A stretch of 64,000 nt of DNA from an uncultured Clostridium sp. (GCA_946639585.1 CAMPBS010000006.1:181-64180); one strand, 5' to 3'. Positions 50,058-61,319 are shown, numbered from the stretch's first letter. Notes: a model not told the origin generated them from the sequence alone. Numbers and translations are program-made.

Positions 50058-50124
50058 TTATTTCACCTCCATTTAAAATCTGCAAAAAGAAGTGTCCTTA
50101 AAAAGGACAGGTTTGCAGAAAATA

Positions 50125-50658
50125 TTAAAAATATCTTGTTAGTATTTGATCACCTTTGTATTCGTGTTCGATGAAATATCCAAATTTTTTGAATAATGGA
50201 TAAATAATTATTGTTAATACTACGTTATATACTATTTCTACTATTAAAATTCTTAAGAATATGAATATTTCAATATTTGTGTCTAATATTAAATAATTTA
50301 GTATATATGTTACTATTTCAAATGCAGCTGTTAATCCTGCAACCATAACCATTATTGTTAGCCTGCTATCTTTTGAGAAGTTTTTAGCAAAAATCCCGGC
50401 TACTAATCCTACGCATGCCAGCGTTACAGCATATATACCTAATTTATTTCCAACAGCAATATCTAAAATTAAACCTAATGTTAGTCCATATATTATTCCC
50501 TTGTTTCTCCCCGAGAACAAACCTATAAATAATGCAAATATTACAAATAGGTTTGGCATTACTCCCGCTATTGTAAACCAACTAAAGAAGTTTTCTTGCA
50601 GGAAGTATACTAATAATGCTATGAAAATTAATGAAATGTTTATCCAAAATTTTCTCAC
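50125..50658 (-). CDS. mreD: Rod shape-determining protein MreD
   Basis: Hydrophobic, GVMPNL, GLILD; position after mreC. Confidence 0.9.
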   Translation of the reverse strand: MRKFWINISLIFIALLVYFLQENFFSWFTIAGVMPNLFVIFALFIGLFSGRNKGIIYGLTLGLILDIAVGNKLGIYAVTLACVGLVAGIFAKNFSKDSRLTIMVMVAGLTAAFEIVTYILNYLILDTNIEIFIFLRILIVEIVYNVVLTIIIYPLFKKFGYFIEHEYKGDQILTRYF

Positions 50659-50713
50659 TTTTATTTCTTTCCTCTCTTATACCCCAAAACCATATTTCAG
50701 AAATTTTTTAAAA

Positions 50714-51526
50714 TTATTGGTTTATAACAAGTACACTGTTAAGCTTATTAAAATCTACAGCTACATCTACAAGTGCATATCTATCTGTTAGATTTTCTGT
50801 ATCTATTACTTTTCTTATTGTTCCAACATGTATTCCTTTTGGATATACTCCACCCAAGCCTGATGTTTGTATACCATCCCCTTGTATAACGCTTGCTTCT
50901 GTTGGTATGTATACTGCTTTAAGTGTTTGTTTATTTTCCAAAGTTCCTTTGCTTACTATTGCTTCTTTTGTTGTACTTAGCATTGTGCTTACTGAGCTTG
51001 CTGGATCTATTATTGTTTGAACTTTTGCTGTATTATCTGTTACTGATATTACATGTCCTACTAGCCCTTCTTCTGCTATTACTGTCATGTCTTTTTTTAC
51101 TCCATCTTTTGCCCCAATGTTTATTGTTATAGTTCTTGAGTAATTACTTATGTCTTTATTTATAACATCTCCCGGAATTGTTTTGTAGTTTTTGTATTTT
51201 TCAGTTAGTCCTAAGTATTCCTTTAATGTTTCATTTTCTGTTTTTATACTTTCTATTTCTTTTAATGTTTTTTCTAATTCTTTGTTTCTGTTTGCTAGTT
51301 TTTCATTTTCCTCTTTCAATTTATCCATATCAGCAAAATAGGCTTCGTTTCCACCTATTTTATTTGCCAAGAATGTGAATCCATTTTGAATTGGCATTAT
51401 AATTTTTGAACCAAAATTTTCTAAAAATGAGTTTTCTCCATCATTATTAGAAATTACAACAATTATTATTAAGATAAAAATTGTAAGGATTATTCCCCAT
51501 ACTCCTTTTTTCTTTTCTTTATACAT
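50714..51526 (-). CDS. mreC: Rod shape-determining protein MreC
   Basis: TM + coiled coil, TSGLGGVYPKGI. Confidence 0.93.
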   Translation of the reverse strand: MYKEKKKGVWGIILTIFILIIIVVISNNDGENSFLENFGSKIIMPIQNGFTFLANKIGGNEAYFADMDKLKEENEKLANRNKELEKTLKEIESIKTENETLKEYLGLTEKYKNYKTIPGDVINKDISNYSRTITINIGAKDGVKKDMTVIAEEGLVGHVISVTDNTAKVQTIIDPASSVSTMLSTTKEAIVSKGTLENKQTLKAVYIPTEASVIQGDGIQTSGLGGVYPKGIHVGTIRKVIDTENLTDRYALVDVAVDFNKLNSVLVINQ

Positions 51527-51552
51527 GTTTTTTACCTCTTCTTTTTATTGTA

Positions 51553-52587
51553 TTAAAAACGTCTACGTCTTGAGTTGATTAGTACTGTTTTTAATTTTTC
51601 GATATTTTCAAGTACTCTTTCTGTTCCGCGAACTACAGCATCTAGCGGATTTTCTGTTGCATATACAGGCATTCCTGTTTCTCTATTTAAAAGTTTATCT
51701 AAATTTTTAATTAATGCTCCTCCTCCTGCTAACACTATTCCATTTTGCATTATATCTGCTGCAAGTTCTGGTGGAGTTTTTTCTAATGTTGTTTTTACTA
51801 CTTCTACTATTTTGTCTATTGATTCTTTCATTGCAACTTGTATCGCTGGAGATGATACAGATATTGTTCTTGGTAATCCTGTTGCTATATCTCTTCCTTT
51901 GATTGTTACTGTTGCTTCTGTCATTAGTGGTAAGGCGCAACCAACTTGTAGTTTTATAGTTTCTGCTTGTGTTGGTCCTATTATTAAGTTTGCTTCCCTT
52001 TTTATGAAGTTTACAATATCTTCGTCTAATTCGTCTCCTGCTATTCTTAATGAATGGCTTAAAACTATTCCTCCAAGTGATATTACTGCAACTTCTGTTG
52101 TTCCTCCACCGATGTCTACTATCATATTTCCTGTTGGTTCTCCAACATCAAGTCCTGAACCAATTGCTGCTGCCATTGGTTCTTCTATTAAATATACTTC
52201 TCTTGCTCCAGCTGATAAAACAGATTCTTCTACTGCTCTTTCTTCAACTTCAGTTATTCCTGATGGTACACCTACTACAACTCTTGGTCTTCCTATATTA
52301 TATCTTTGTGCTACTTTTTTTATTATATTTTTCAACATTAGTTGTGTGGCTGTAAAATCAGCTATTACTCCATCTTTTAATGGTCTTATTGCCTTTATTG
52401 TATCTGGTGTTCTTCCAAGCATTTCTTTTGCCTCTGTTCCTGTTGCAAGTATGTTTCCTGATTTTTTTTCTATGGCAACTACTGATGGTTCTTTTAATAC
52501 TATTCCTCTTCCTTTGATTGTTACAAGAATATTTGCTGTTCCTAAATCTATTCCTATATCTTTTGATGCAAAATTAAATAATTTCAT
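51553..52587 (-). CDS. mreB: Actin-like MreB
   Basis: DIGIDLGTAN, EEPMAAAIG, DIGGGTTE, GGGALI. Confidence 0.97.
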   Translation of the reverse strand: MKLFNFASKDIGIDLGTANILVTIKGRGIVLKEPSVVAIEKKSGNILATGTEAKEMLGRTPDTIKAIRPLKDGVIADFTATQLMLKNIIKKVAQRYNIGRPRVVVGVPSGITEVEERAVEESVLSAGAREVYLIEEPMAAAIGSGLDVGEPTGNMIVDIGGGTTEVAVISLGGIVLSHSLRIAGDELDEDIVNFIKREANLIIGPTQAETIKLQVGCALPLMTEATVTIKGRDIATGLPRTISVSSPAIQVAMKESIDKIVEVVKTTLEKTPPELAADIMQNGIVLAGGGALIKNLDKLLNRETGMPVYATENPLDAVVRGTERVLENIEKLKTVLINSRRRRF

Positions 52588-52661
52588 TTTCGTTCCTCAC
52601 CTTTTTGTATTTTTCTTATTTTTATTTATTCTCTTTGGTTTCTATATATATTGCTATGCTA

Positions 52662-53369
52662 TCATTTTCCAAGTTCTTTTGCAATTTTGCTCATTATACT
52701 TGTATATTCTTCATTTCCTATTACTATATGGTCTATTAGTTCTAATCCTACTGTTTGGCATGCATTGTATAATGTATATGTTATTTCTATATCTCTTGTG
52801 CTTGGCTCAGAGTTTCCTGAAGGATGGTTGTGTATTAGTATTATTTTAGGAGTTTTTGTTTTTAATGCTTCTCCTAATATTTCCGATATGGAAAAATTCG
52901 CAAAATTGCTTCCCCCCGTAGCAATATCATTCATTTTTACTATTTTATTTCTACTGTCTAGCATAACTAGTTTAATAATTTCTTTTGTTTCATTTTTTAA
53001 TTCATTCATTACAACTTTTGCCATATCTTCAGGCGACTTTATTTGAATATTTTTGTAATTTATTGGTTTATTCATTCTTACTGCCAATTCGCATATTGCT
53101 TTAAGCTGTATTGCTTTGACCTTTCCTATTCCTTTTATTTGCATAAATTCTTCAATGCTAATATTTTTAAGAAAACTCAGGTCATCTTCTTTTGTATTTT
53201 GATTTAGATTTAATATTTTGTAAGCTAAATCTACTGAACTTTCATTTTTGGTACCTGTTTTTATTATTATCGCTAATAACTCTGCATTAGATAATGTTTT
53301 TTCTCCCTGTAGTTCTAGCTTTTCATAGGGTCTTTCAGATACGGGCATTTCCTTCATTTTTACTGCCAA
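52662..53369 (-). CDS. radC: RadC family JAB-domain protein
   Basis: ERPYEKL...LSNAELLAI, HNHPSG...DHIVIG. Confidence 0.95.
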   Translation of the reverse strand: MAVKMKEMPVSERPYEKLELQGEKTLSNAELLAIIIKTGTKNESSVDLAYKILNLNQNTKEDDLSFLKNISIEEFMQIKGIGKVKAIQLKAICELAVRMNKPINYKNIQIKSPEDMAKVVMNELKNETKEIIKLVMLDSRNKIVKMNDIATGGSNFANFSISEILGEALKTKTPKIILIHNHPSGNSEPSTRDIEITYTLYNACQTVGLELIDHIVIGNEEYTSIMSKIAKELGK

Positions 53370-53592
53370 TTTTTTCTTCCTTTCTTGTTTTTAATTGCCC
53401 TTATTTTTACTTTTTTCCTTACGGATATTTACTTTTTTATTCTTTTGTATTATATATGTATTTAGCAAATTTTTCAAGTACTATTTTAAATAATTTGGTT
53501 ACCAAAAATTACACCTTTAAATATAATAAATAAAGTAGTATAATTATTATAGATGATAAGCTGATATTAGCTTGAAAGGACTGGTTTTTACT

Positions 53593-54201
53593 ATGAAAAT
53601 TGAAAAAATTACTAACAATAAAATTAGAATTATTCTGAATATAGAAGAGATTTCTAGTAATAATTTAGATTTAAAAGATTTTATAAATAACGATCCTAAA
53701 ACACATAAGTTTTTTTTAGATATTTTGAATAAAGCTGAAAAAGATTTTGGTTTTTATACTAAAGATTGCAAACTTTTAATTGAAGCATTTTCTTCTTTGG
53801 ATGAAGTTTGTGTTTTTACAATTACCAAGTTTTCTACTAAAAAGAAAAAAACGACTTTAAAACTAAAAAAACAAGCTAATAAATCTTTTACAAGTTATGC
53901 AGTTTATAAGTTTGACTCTTTTGATGAATTTTGTGGTCTCTGTGAGCTACTAAATAAAAGCAATTTACCAATTACAAATATTTGTAAAAAAATATCTTTA
54001 TATTTATACAATGATACATATTATTTAATTTTTTCTAAACTAAATTTGTCTTATAGAAGTTTCAAAAAATTATTTAGTATAATAAGTGAATTTGCAACTG
54101 CTATTCCTAAGCCATTTCATTTTGACGCAAAAATTATTGAGTTTGGAAAGCCTATAATTAAGCAAAATGCTTTAAAAACAGGCATTAAATATTTTGTGTA
54201 A
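53593..54201 (+). CDS. mecA: Adaptor protein MecA
   Basis: MKIEKITNNKIRIIL; C-terminal YKFDSFDE...LYLYNDTYYL...EFGKPII. Confidence 0.8.
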   Translation: MKIEKITNNKIRIILNIEEISSNNLDLKDFINNDPKTHKFFLDILNKAEKDFGFYTKDCKLLIEAFSSLDEVCVFTITKFSTKKKKTTLKLKKQANKSFTSYAVYKFDSFDEFCGLCELLNKSNLPITNICKKISLYLYNDTYYLIFSKLNLSYRSFKKLFSIISEFATAIPKPFHFDAKIIEFGKPIIKQNALKTGIKYFV

Positions 54202-54213
54202 GGTTAAATTAAC

Positions 54214-54272
54214 AATTTGGGGCACTTTCAAAAAGTAATTTCACAAAGTTACTTTTTGAAAGTGCCCCAAAT
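54214..54272. repeat. Long palindrome / bidirectional terminator, REP-like
   Basis: aatttggggcactttcaaaaagtaa...ttactttttgaaagtgccccaaatt, 25-bp arms. Confidence 0.8.
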
Positions 54273-54293
54273 TTCTTTTTATATTTTTATTTA

Positions 54294-55298
54294 CTATACG
54301 TAGTTTTCTGGATTATATGCTGTTCCATTTAATCTTACTTCAAAATGTAAATGTGCGCCTGTAGAATTTCCTGTTGATCCCACTGCCGCAATTATTTGGC
54401 CTTGACTCACTTCTGTACCCGCCGAAACATATAATGCACTACAATGTCCATAATATGTTTGAACGCCATTTCCATGTGTTATTACAAGTAAATTTCCATA
54501 TGCCCCTTTCCATCCCGAGAACGTTACAGTTCCTGATGCCGCAGCCGCTATTGGTGTTCCATTTGATGTAGAAATATCTAAACCGGTATGATATGAAACT
54601 CTTCTCTTACTTAATTCTCCAAATCTTGAAGATACTTTTCCTGATACTGGTCTAATTAATGATATCCCAAGTTCTGGCGCTCCCCATGCAGTTGTTGTTG
54701 CTGTGTTTACTGAACCTGATGCTTGATATGTTGTATATGCTTTTTTCTTTGCAACTACAACTTTTGGTTTTTCTTTATATAATGCTGCTATTGCTGTTTC
54801 TGAATTTGTTAATTCTTTTAACTCTGTTTCGTACTTTTCTACGATAGAAATTTTATCAAGATTATTGCTATTTTTTTCTTTTAAGCCATTTACTACTTGT
54901 TCTGCTTCTTCAAAAGACGCTACATATTGTTTTTCCTGCTGGTCTTCTAAAATTGCATAATACCTGTAATACTTAATTCCTTCTTCTTTAATTTTTTCAA
55001 ATATTTCGTCATCGTTTGGTTTTATGTCTCTTTTTAGCATACAAATTTCATATTCTGGCATATTGGGAACCTGAACAAACGCAACATGTTCTTCTTCATT
55101 CTTTTCCATATATTCATTTATTCTTTTTTGAAGTTCTTTTTTACTTTGTGTATACCCAACATGTTCTCCATTAATAGATACGCTATATGTTGGTTTATAA
55201 AATAGCATAACTATTGCCGCTATTACTGCAATAGAGAACGCAACTAAAATCGCAATTTTGGCTGACCTTCTTGTATGTACTAATATTTTTTTTAACAT
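54294..55298 (-). CDS. M23 family peptidase
   Basis: HTGLD...YYGHC...STGAHLHFE. Confidence 0.92.
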   Translation of the reverse strand: MLKKILVHTRRSAKIAILVAFSIAVIAAIVMLFYKPTYSVSINGEHVGYTQSKKELQKRINEYMEKNEEEHVAFVQVPNMPEYEICMLKRDIKPNDDEIFEKIKEEGIKYYRYYAILEDQQEKQYVASFEEAEQVVNGLKEKNSNNLDKISIVEKYETELKELTNSETAIAALYKEKPKVVVAKKKAYTTYQASGSVNTATTTAWGAPELGISLIRPVSGKVSSRFGELSKRRVSYHTGLDISTSNGTPIAAAASGTVTFSGWKGAYGNLLVITHGNGVQTYYGHCSALYVSAGTEVSQGQIIAAVGSTGNSTGAHLHFEVRLNGTAYNPENYV

Positions 55299-55479
55299 AT
55301 TACTACTCCTTGTTTTAATAATCCCCGTATTTTTTGTAATATTTGTTTTATTATTGTAATATTATTGTAACATTTCTTTTTTTGCAAGAAGTAGCAGCAC
55401 TTTAATTCAATAATTATCTCTAATTATTTCTTATTTTCTTCTATTTTTTCCATTTTTCTTATGTTTTCGAATAGCAGTA

Positions 55480-55535
55480 TTGGGGGAACACTCTTAAAAA
55501 GTTTGAAATCTCAGCTTTTTAAGAGTGTTCCCAAT
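55480..55535. repeat. Long palindrome / terminator, REP-like
   Basis: gggaacactcttaaaaag...ctttttaagagtgttccc. Confidence 0.75.
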
Positions 55536-55540
55536 AGTTT

Positions 55541-55786
55541 CTATTGTTGTGCTTGTGTTTTTACTGTATTGATTTCTGTTGCTGTTGCTTTTTGTGCCGG
55601 TTGATAGTATCCTTTGGCTTGTGCAACTTTAAATAGTTCATATTGAAAACTTTCATCATTGTTTCTTATTTGTTGGAATGTTTGTCTTAATCCCATGTTT
55701 TCACATTCTGTTATTGCTGTTTGATATGCAGTTAAGTCTGATTTAACTCCTGCTAATATGTCGTTTACCATTGTTTTTTCATCCAT
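55541..55786 (-). CDS. Spore coat protein (Coat F-like)
   Basis: YQTAITECEN..LRQTF....QYELFKVAQAKGYY. Confidence 0.8.
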   Translation of the reverse strand: MDEKTMVNDILAGVKSDLTAYQTAITECENMGLRQTFQQIRNNDESFQYELFKVAQAKGYYQPAQKATATEINTVKTQAQQ

Positions 55787-55861
55787 TTCCTTTACTTCCT
55801 TTCTTTTTAGTTCCTACTAAATAACTAATATTTTAAAATTTACTCTTTTTATCTCCTATAA

Positions 55862-56050
55862 TTAGTTATTTAAAAAACTCATTAATTTTTGTTTTGTGTT
55901 TAAAGCATCTTGTGCTGATTTTGTAAACATTTGCTTAATTTGTGGATCAACTGCTTGTGATGAATATGTGTTTAATTTTTGATATGCTGTTTCGTGTGCG
56001 CCTATTAGATGTCTTAAATGTTGTAATTCTGCTTGATTTATATCTTGCAT
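55862..56050 (-). CDS. Small spore-coat-associated protein
   Basis: ELQHLRHLIG...DPQIKQMF...LMSFL; RBS AAAGGGTGA; upstream of the coat gene. Confidence 0.7.
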   Translation of the reverse strand: MQDINQAELQHLRHLIGAHETAYQKLNTYSSQAVDPQIKQMFTKSAQDALNTKQKLMSFLNN

Positions 56051-56296
56051 AATTTCTCACCCTTTCTTTTTTGTATTCTTTTTTAATTATTAACTTTTTT
56101 TATTTTTTTATTCAAATTTATTTAAGTTTTTATTATATATATGAAACTAAAATATTATTTTTATGAACGCTGTGGAGACCGACAAATAAGAAAGCCTTAT
56201 TGTGAATACTTGACAATTTCAATTCAAAAATTATATAATAATAGCTAGAATAAAAAAGAAAGGATAAGTTAGCCAAGCAGCTAACAGGTAAAAATT

Positions 56297-57397
56297 ATGG
56301 GATTAATTTTATCAGCAGTAGGTGCTATTGGAAGCACATTAGGAGATCAATGGAAAGAAGCCTTAAGATGCGAAGACTTAGGAAACGATATTCTTATGAA
56401 AAAAGTTACAACTAAATCTGGAGTTATAACAAATAAAAGTACAATTATCGTAGGACCTGGTCAATGCGCAATTATATATGACAATGGTAGAGTTATTGAT
56501 GCTACAGCAGAAGAAGGAATTTATACTTTTGATACATCTTCTTCTCCATCTTTCTTTGCAGGTCAATTTGGACCAGTATTTAAAGAAATGTGGCAAAGAT
56601 TTACTTATAAAGGAGCTTCAGCTAAACAACAAGCTGTATTCTTCTTTAATATTAAAGAAATTATAAATAATACTTTTGGAACAAAAACTCCTGTATTATT
56701 CCAAGATTGGGCTCACCCAATTCCAAATAGAATGACAGGAAAAAATTTACCATTAAGCCTAAAAGTAAAATGTTTTGGTAAATATACTTTTAAATTAGAT
56801 GACCCTGCAACATTCATGAATGAAATAGCTGGCATGGCTGATGTTTATACAAAAGAACAACTTTGTAGCCAAATGCTTGCAGAAGTTTTAGACGCATTCC
56901 AAAATATTGTTAATGGTTTAGGAACAGAGGAAAAACATATTCCTGCTCTTGAATTACCAAGTCAAACTGATGAAATCAAAGAAATGCTTGCAAATTCTAC
57001 ATATGATGAAGCAATTAGAAGAAGAGGTATTAAAATTACTGGATTCTCTATTGAGGGTGTTTCTCTTGATGAAGAATCTGAAAAGAAAATTACTGAATAT
57101 GAACACAATTCAAATGCTTACATGCAACAAGGTAGAGTTCTTAATGTTATGGAAGCAGCTGCAAATAATGCAAATGGTTCTGCTAACGGATTTATGGGTG
57201 TTGGAATGATGAATATGGCTTCTAACGGAATGGGATCTAGTGTTATGAATGATGCTTTTGCTGCAACAGGAAATGGTGCTGGTGGAGAAGTTGGTTCTAA
57301 TACAGAAAGTACTAATGAAGCAAAATTCTGCACAGAATGTGGTGCGAAATTAACTCCAGGTGCTAAGTTCTGCCCTGGATGCGGAAAAAAATTATAA
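56297..57397 (+). CDS. SPFH/band-7-like protein with C-terminal double zinc ribbon
   Basis: DQWKE...STIIVGPGQCAI...FGTK; FCTECG...FCPGCG; TTGACA-17 nt-TATAAT upstream. Confidence 0.85.
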   Translation: MGLILSAVGAIGSTLGDQWKEALRCEDLGNDILMKKVTTKSGVITNKSTIIVGPGQCAIIYDNGRVIDATAEEGIYTFDTSSSPSFFAGQFGPVFKEMWQRFTYKGASAKQQAVFFFNIKEIINNTFGTKTPVLFQDWAHPIPNRMTGKNLPLSLKVKCFGKYTFKLDDPATFMNEIAGMADVYTKEQLCSQMLAEVLDAFQNIVNGLGTEEKHIPALELPSQTDEIKEMLANSTYDEAIRRRGIKITGFSIEGVSLDEESEKKITEYEHNSNAYMQQGRVLNVMEAAANNANGSANGFMGVGMMNMASNGMGSSVMNDAFAATGNGAGGEVGSNTESTNEAKFCTECGAKLTPGAKFCPGCGKKL

Positions 57398-57424
57398 AAA
57401 AATCTCGCTTTTGCGAGATTTTTT

Positions 57425-57823
57425 TTAGTTTAAGTTATTTTCTTTTAATACTTGTTTAAATAATTCTCTTGTATTTCCATAAGATAATATTTTTAAAGCA
57501 TCTTGGTATTCAAACCAACCAGCTTCTATTATTTCTTCTGGTTGCATTCTTAGAAAACCACCAACTTTTTTTCCAATAAACAATACTACTTCTTTGTATC
57601 TGCCTTTATCTGTTTTATAATGCATAACATATCTTTTAGTTGTATCAACTTCAACATCTATGTTTGTTTCTTCTTTTACTTCTCTTACAGCTGTTTGTTC
57701 TTCTGTTTCGCCTTCTTCAACATGTCCTTTGGGGAATCCCCACATACCAGACATTTGTCTTATTAGAAGTATTTTTTCATTAAATGTTATTATGCATCCG
57801 CACGCTTTTTCTTCTACTTCCAT
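57425..57823 (-). CDS. NUDIX hydrolase (Ap4A hydrolase-like)
   Basis: WGFPKGHVEEGETEEQTAVREVKEET Nudix box. Confidence 0.92.
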   Translation of the reverse strand: MEVEEKACGCIITFNEKILLIRQMSGMWGFPKGHVEEGETEEQTAVREVKEETNIDVEVDTTKRYVMHYKTDKGRYKEVVLFIGKKVGGFLRMQPEEIIEAGWFEYQDALKILSYGNTRELFKQVLKENNLN

Positions 57824-58020
57824 TAGTTTTTTCCTTTCTATTTAGATTTGATTTCCACATTTTATTGTTTCTTTGTGGATTAGTTGTATCAATAATATCA
57901 TATTTTTTTGATTTATGCTACCCTTTAATTGTATATTTTGACATATTTTTTTTAATTTAATTGATTTTTCTAATTTTGTATGATATCTTTATATCAAATA
58001 AATCTAAGGAGGATTTAAAA

Positions 58021-59193
58021 TTGAAAAAAAAGTATCAAATTTTACTTGTATTATTATTGTTTTTAGCTTTATTTTTTGCTTTCTTTATTATTAAGCAAAG
58101 CCCAGAAAGTTCCGAAAGCCCTAAGATTGATGAAAATGTTCAGTCTGAGGAAGAATCGAAAAAAGATATTACCTTTACTCTAACTGCTTTAGGTGATGTG
58201 TTGTGCCATAATACACAATATTGGGACGCTGAAGATAAAACAACAAACACTTATGATTTTTCATATGTTTTTGAAGATGTTAAAAAATATACAAGTGCAG
58301 GAGATATTACTATTGCTAATTTGGAAACAAGTTTTGCAGATGCTCCATATAGTAATTACCCAACATTTAATAGTCCCGCTAGTTTAGCAACAGCATTAAA
58401 AAATATTGGCATTGATATTATCACAACTGCAGGAAATCACTGCCTCGACAAAGGATTTAAAGGTTTGAGTGAAACAATTGATGTTCTAGATTCAAACAAA
58501 ATTGAACATTTAGGAACATATAAAACTGCAGAAGACCAAGAAAAATTATTTGTTAAAGATGTAAATGGTGCAAAAGTTGCTTTTATTAACTATACTTACG
58601 GAACAAATGGTATTCCTGTTCCTACAGGAAAGGATTTTTGTGTAAATTTAATAAATAAAGAAAATATTAAAAAAGAAATTGAAAAAGCCAAAAACGAAAA
58701 AGTTGATGTAATTATTGCTTGTATGCACTGGGGGCAAGAATATCACACTACTCAAACTAAAGAGCAAGAAGAATTAGCAGATTTCTTATTCCAAAATGGT
58801 GTAGATATAATTATTGGTAATCACCCACATGTAATTGAACCTTTTGAAACAAAAGAAGTTATAATGCCAGACGGAACAAAAAAGCAATGTTTTGTTGCTT
58901 ATGCTTTGGGAAACTTCACAGCTGATCAAAATTATGAAAATACAAGAGATTCAATTATTATCAATTTAAAAATAACTAAAAAAGCAGATGGAACTGTTTC
59001 AATTGATTCAGCAGACTATATACCACTTTACATTTACAAAAATCCATCACTTTCTAAAAAGAAATTTAAAATTATTGATTTAAATACTGCAATTAAAAAT
59101 TATGAAAATGGAACTGATAAATCAATTGGTGCAACAGCTTATAATTTATTTAAAAAAGAATTAGCTGCCATTAAAAAAATAGTAGAAAAATAA
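58021..59193 (+). CDS. CapA family (PGA_cap) metallophosphoesterase
   Basis: GDVLCH, NLET, GNHCLD, HWGQEY, GNHPHV, YALGNF; TTG start after AAGGAGG. Confidence 0.9.
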   Translation: MKKKYQILLVLLLFLALFFAFFIIKQSPESSESPKIDENVQSEEESKKDITFTLTALGDVLCHNTQYWDAEDKTTNTYDFSYVFEDVKKYTSAGDITIANLETSFADAPYSNYPTFNSPASLATALKNIGIDIITTAGNHCLDKGFKGLSETIDVLDSNKIEHLGTYKTAEDQEKLFVKDVNGAKVAFINYTYGTNGIPVPTGKDFCVNLINKENIKKEIEKAKNEKVDVIIACMHWGQEYHTTQTKEQEELADFLFQNGVDIIIGNHPHVIEPFETKEVIMPDGTKKQCFVAYALGNFTADQNYENTRDSIIINLKITKKADGTVSIDSADYIPLYIYKNPSLSKKKFKIIDLNTAIKNYENGTDKSIGATAYNLFKKELAAIKKIVEK

Positions 59194-59242
59194 AAAACAA
59201 TAAAAGTTTGCAAAGCAAACTTTTATTGTTTTTTATTATATT

Positions 59243-60196
59243 TTAATTTAGCATATCTTTACGTTTTAACCACCATGTAACAAGAAGTGTTAAAACTATT
59301 GAAATCAATAGCATAACAACAAATCCATATGGACTATTTTGTAAAGGTAATCCTACATTCATTCCCCAAAAGCTTGATACCATTGTTGGTACAGCTAATA
59401 CAATTGTTATTGATGTTAAAAATTTCATTACTCCATTTAGGTTGTTTGAAATAATTGAAGCATATGCATCCATTGTTCCATTCAAAATGTCACTATATAT
59501 TTTTGACATCTCTATAGCCTGTTTATTCTCTATGATTGCATCTTCTAGTATTTCTTCATCATCTTCATATAGTTTGATTATTTTTCCTCTCATTGTTTTT
59601 TCCATGACTAACTCATTTGATTTTAATGATGTTGTGAAATAAACCAAACTCTTCTCTAAACTTAGCATTTTTAATAATTCTTTGTTTCTCATTGATTTTT
59701 GTAATACATATTCTGCAATTTCAGTTTCTTTGTTTATTTGTTTTAGGTAACTTAAAAAATATGAGGCGTTAATATATAATATTTGAAAAATAAATCTGCT
59801 TTTCTTATATGTTTGAAAATTCTTTATTTTCATTTTTTCAAAAGAATTTATTACTTTGTTTTTATTTAATGATACTGTTATAAAAAAATCATCTCTTACA
59901 ACTATCATACCAAGCGGCATTGTTGTATAAATATCATTTTCATCTTTGGATTTTTCTATTATTGGGACATCAACTATAAATAATATTGTTTCGTCATCTT
60001 CTTCAATATCAATTCTGGCTTTTTCTTCATTATCTAGAGCCGCTCTTATAAAATCATCTTGAATTTTTAGATTTTCGCATACTCTTTTTATCTCGTTTTC
60101 TGTTGGGTTTACAAGATTTATCCAGCTTCCTTTTTCAAATTCTTTTATCTCTTCAAATTTATTTGTTTCAATATCTGTTTTATATATTTTTAACAT
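59243..60196 (-). CDS. corA: CorA family Mg2+ transporter
   Basis: C-terminal PTMVSSFWGMN motif plus two TMs. Confidence 0.93.
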   Translation of the reverse strand: MLKIYKTDIETNKFEEIKEFEKGSWINLVNPTENEIKRVCENLKIQDDFIRAALDNEEKARIDIEEDDETILFIVDVPIIEKSKDENDIYTTMPLGMIVVRDDFFITVSLNKNKVINSFEKMKIKNFQTYKKSRFIFQILYINASYFLSYLKQINKETEIAEYVLQKSMRNKELLKMLSLEKSLVYFTTSLKSNELVMEKTMRGKIIKLYEDDEEILEDAIIENKQAIEMSKIYSDILNGTMDAYASIISNNLNGVMKFLTSITIVLAVPTMVSSFWGMNVGLPLQNSPYGFVVMLLISIVLTLLVTWWLKRKDMLN

Positions 60197-60257
60197 TTTT
60201 TCACCCCATTTTTTATTATATTATTAAGGAAGTTCTAAGAACTTCCTTATTTCATAA

Positions 60258-61319
60258 TTATTCTTCTTCACCTTTTAGTCTTTCTGCTCTATCTGCTGCA
60301 ATTAAGTTATCTACCATTTCATCTATATCTCCGTTTAGGAAATTTTCCATTTGATAGATACTCATTCCAATTCTATGGTCCGTGATTCTTCCTTGTGGGT
60401 AATTATATGTTCTGATTTTCTCACTTCTATCTCCTGAACCTACTTGTGTTTTTCTTGCATTTGCAACTTCGCTATCTTGTTTTTCTTTTTCAATTTCATA
60501 TAATTTTGTTCTTAGCATTTTCATTGCATTATCTCTGTTTTGGAATTGTGATCTTTCTGTTTGACATTCTACTACAATTCCTGTTGGTTCATGGATTAAC
60601 CTTACAGCTGATGATGTTTTGTTTATATGTTGACCACCAGCACCTGATGAACGGAATACTTCCATTTTAATATCTGCAGGATTTATTTCAATTTCCACAT
60701 CTTCTACAACTGGCAATACTGCGACTGTTGCAGTTGATGTATGAATTCTACCACTGCTTTCTGTGTCTGGAACTCTTTGTACTCTGTGAACTCCACTTTC
60801 GAATTTTAATCTACTATAAACACCTTTTCCAGATACCATGAATGTTATTTCTTTGTAGCCTCCAAGACCTGTTTCATTTTCATTTAATACTTCCAATGAC
60901 CAACGTCTTTTTTCTGCATACATTGAATACATTCTAAATAATGTTCCTGCAAATAATGCTGCTTCTTCTCCACCAGCTCCTGCTCTAATTTCGCAAATAA
61001 TGTTTTTATCATCATCTGGATCTTTTGGAATTAAAAGAATTTTTAATTCATCTTCTATTTTTGGAAGTTGTTCTTTTGCATCATAAAATTCTGCTTCTGC
61101 AAGTTCTTTTAATTCCTTGTCTTGCATCATTTCTTCTGCTTCTTCCATTGTTTGTTTTGTTTTTTTATATTCTCTATATTTTAAAACAATTTCTTCTATA
61201 CTTGCATGTTCTTTCATTAATTTTTGCCATTCAGATTGATTTGCAATCACTTCTGGATCGCTTATCATTTTTGTTATTTCTTCATAACGTTTTTCAACAA
61301 TTTCTAATTTGTCAAACAT
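60258..61319 (-). CDS. prfA: Peptide chain release factor 1
   Basis: [14 protein letters not shown] (PxT), [12 protein letters not shown]. Confidence 0.97.
   Translation of the reverse strand: MFDKLEIVEKRYEEITKMISDPEVIANQSEWQKLMKEHASIEEIVLKYREYKKTKQTMEEAEEMMQDKELKELAEAEFYDAKEQLPKIEDELKILLIPKDPDDDKNIICEIRAGAGGEEAALFAGTLFRMYSMYAEKRRWSLEVLNENETGLGGYKEITFMVSGKGVYSRLKFESGVHRVQRVPDTESSGRIHTSTATVAVLPVVEDVEIEINPADIKMEVFRSSGAGGQHINKTSSAVRLIHEPTGIVVECQTERSQFQNRDNAMKMLRTKLYEIEKEKQDSEVANARKTQVGSGDRSEKIRTYNYPQGRITDHRIGMSIYQMENFLNGDIDEMVDNLIAADRAERLKGEEE

Noticed and set aside
51575-52849. 424-aa + strand ORF
   Set aside because: It is the antisense shadow of mreB/radC caused by codon bias; it has no RBS and no recognisable motifs.
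56257-56296. Hairpin GTTAGC-N6-GCTAAC in the SPFH gene leader
   Set aside because: It is too short to support a regulatory call without comparative data.
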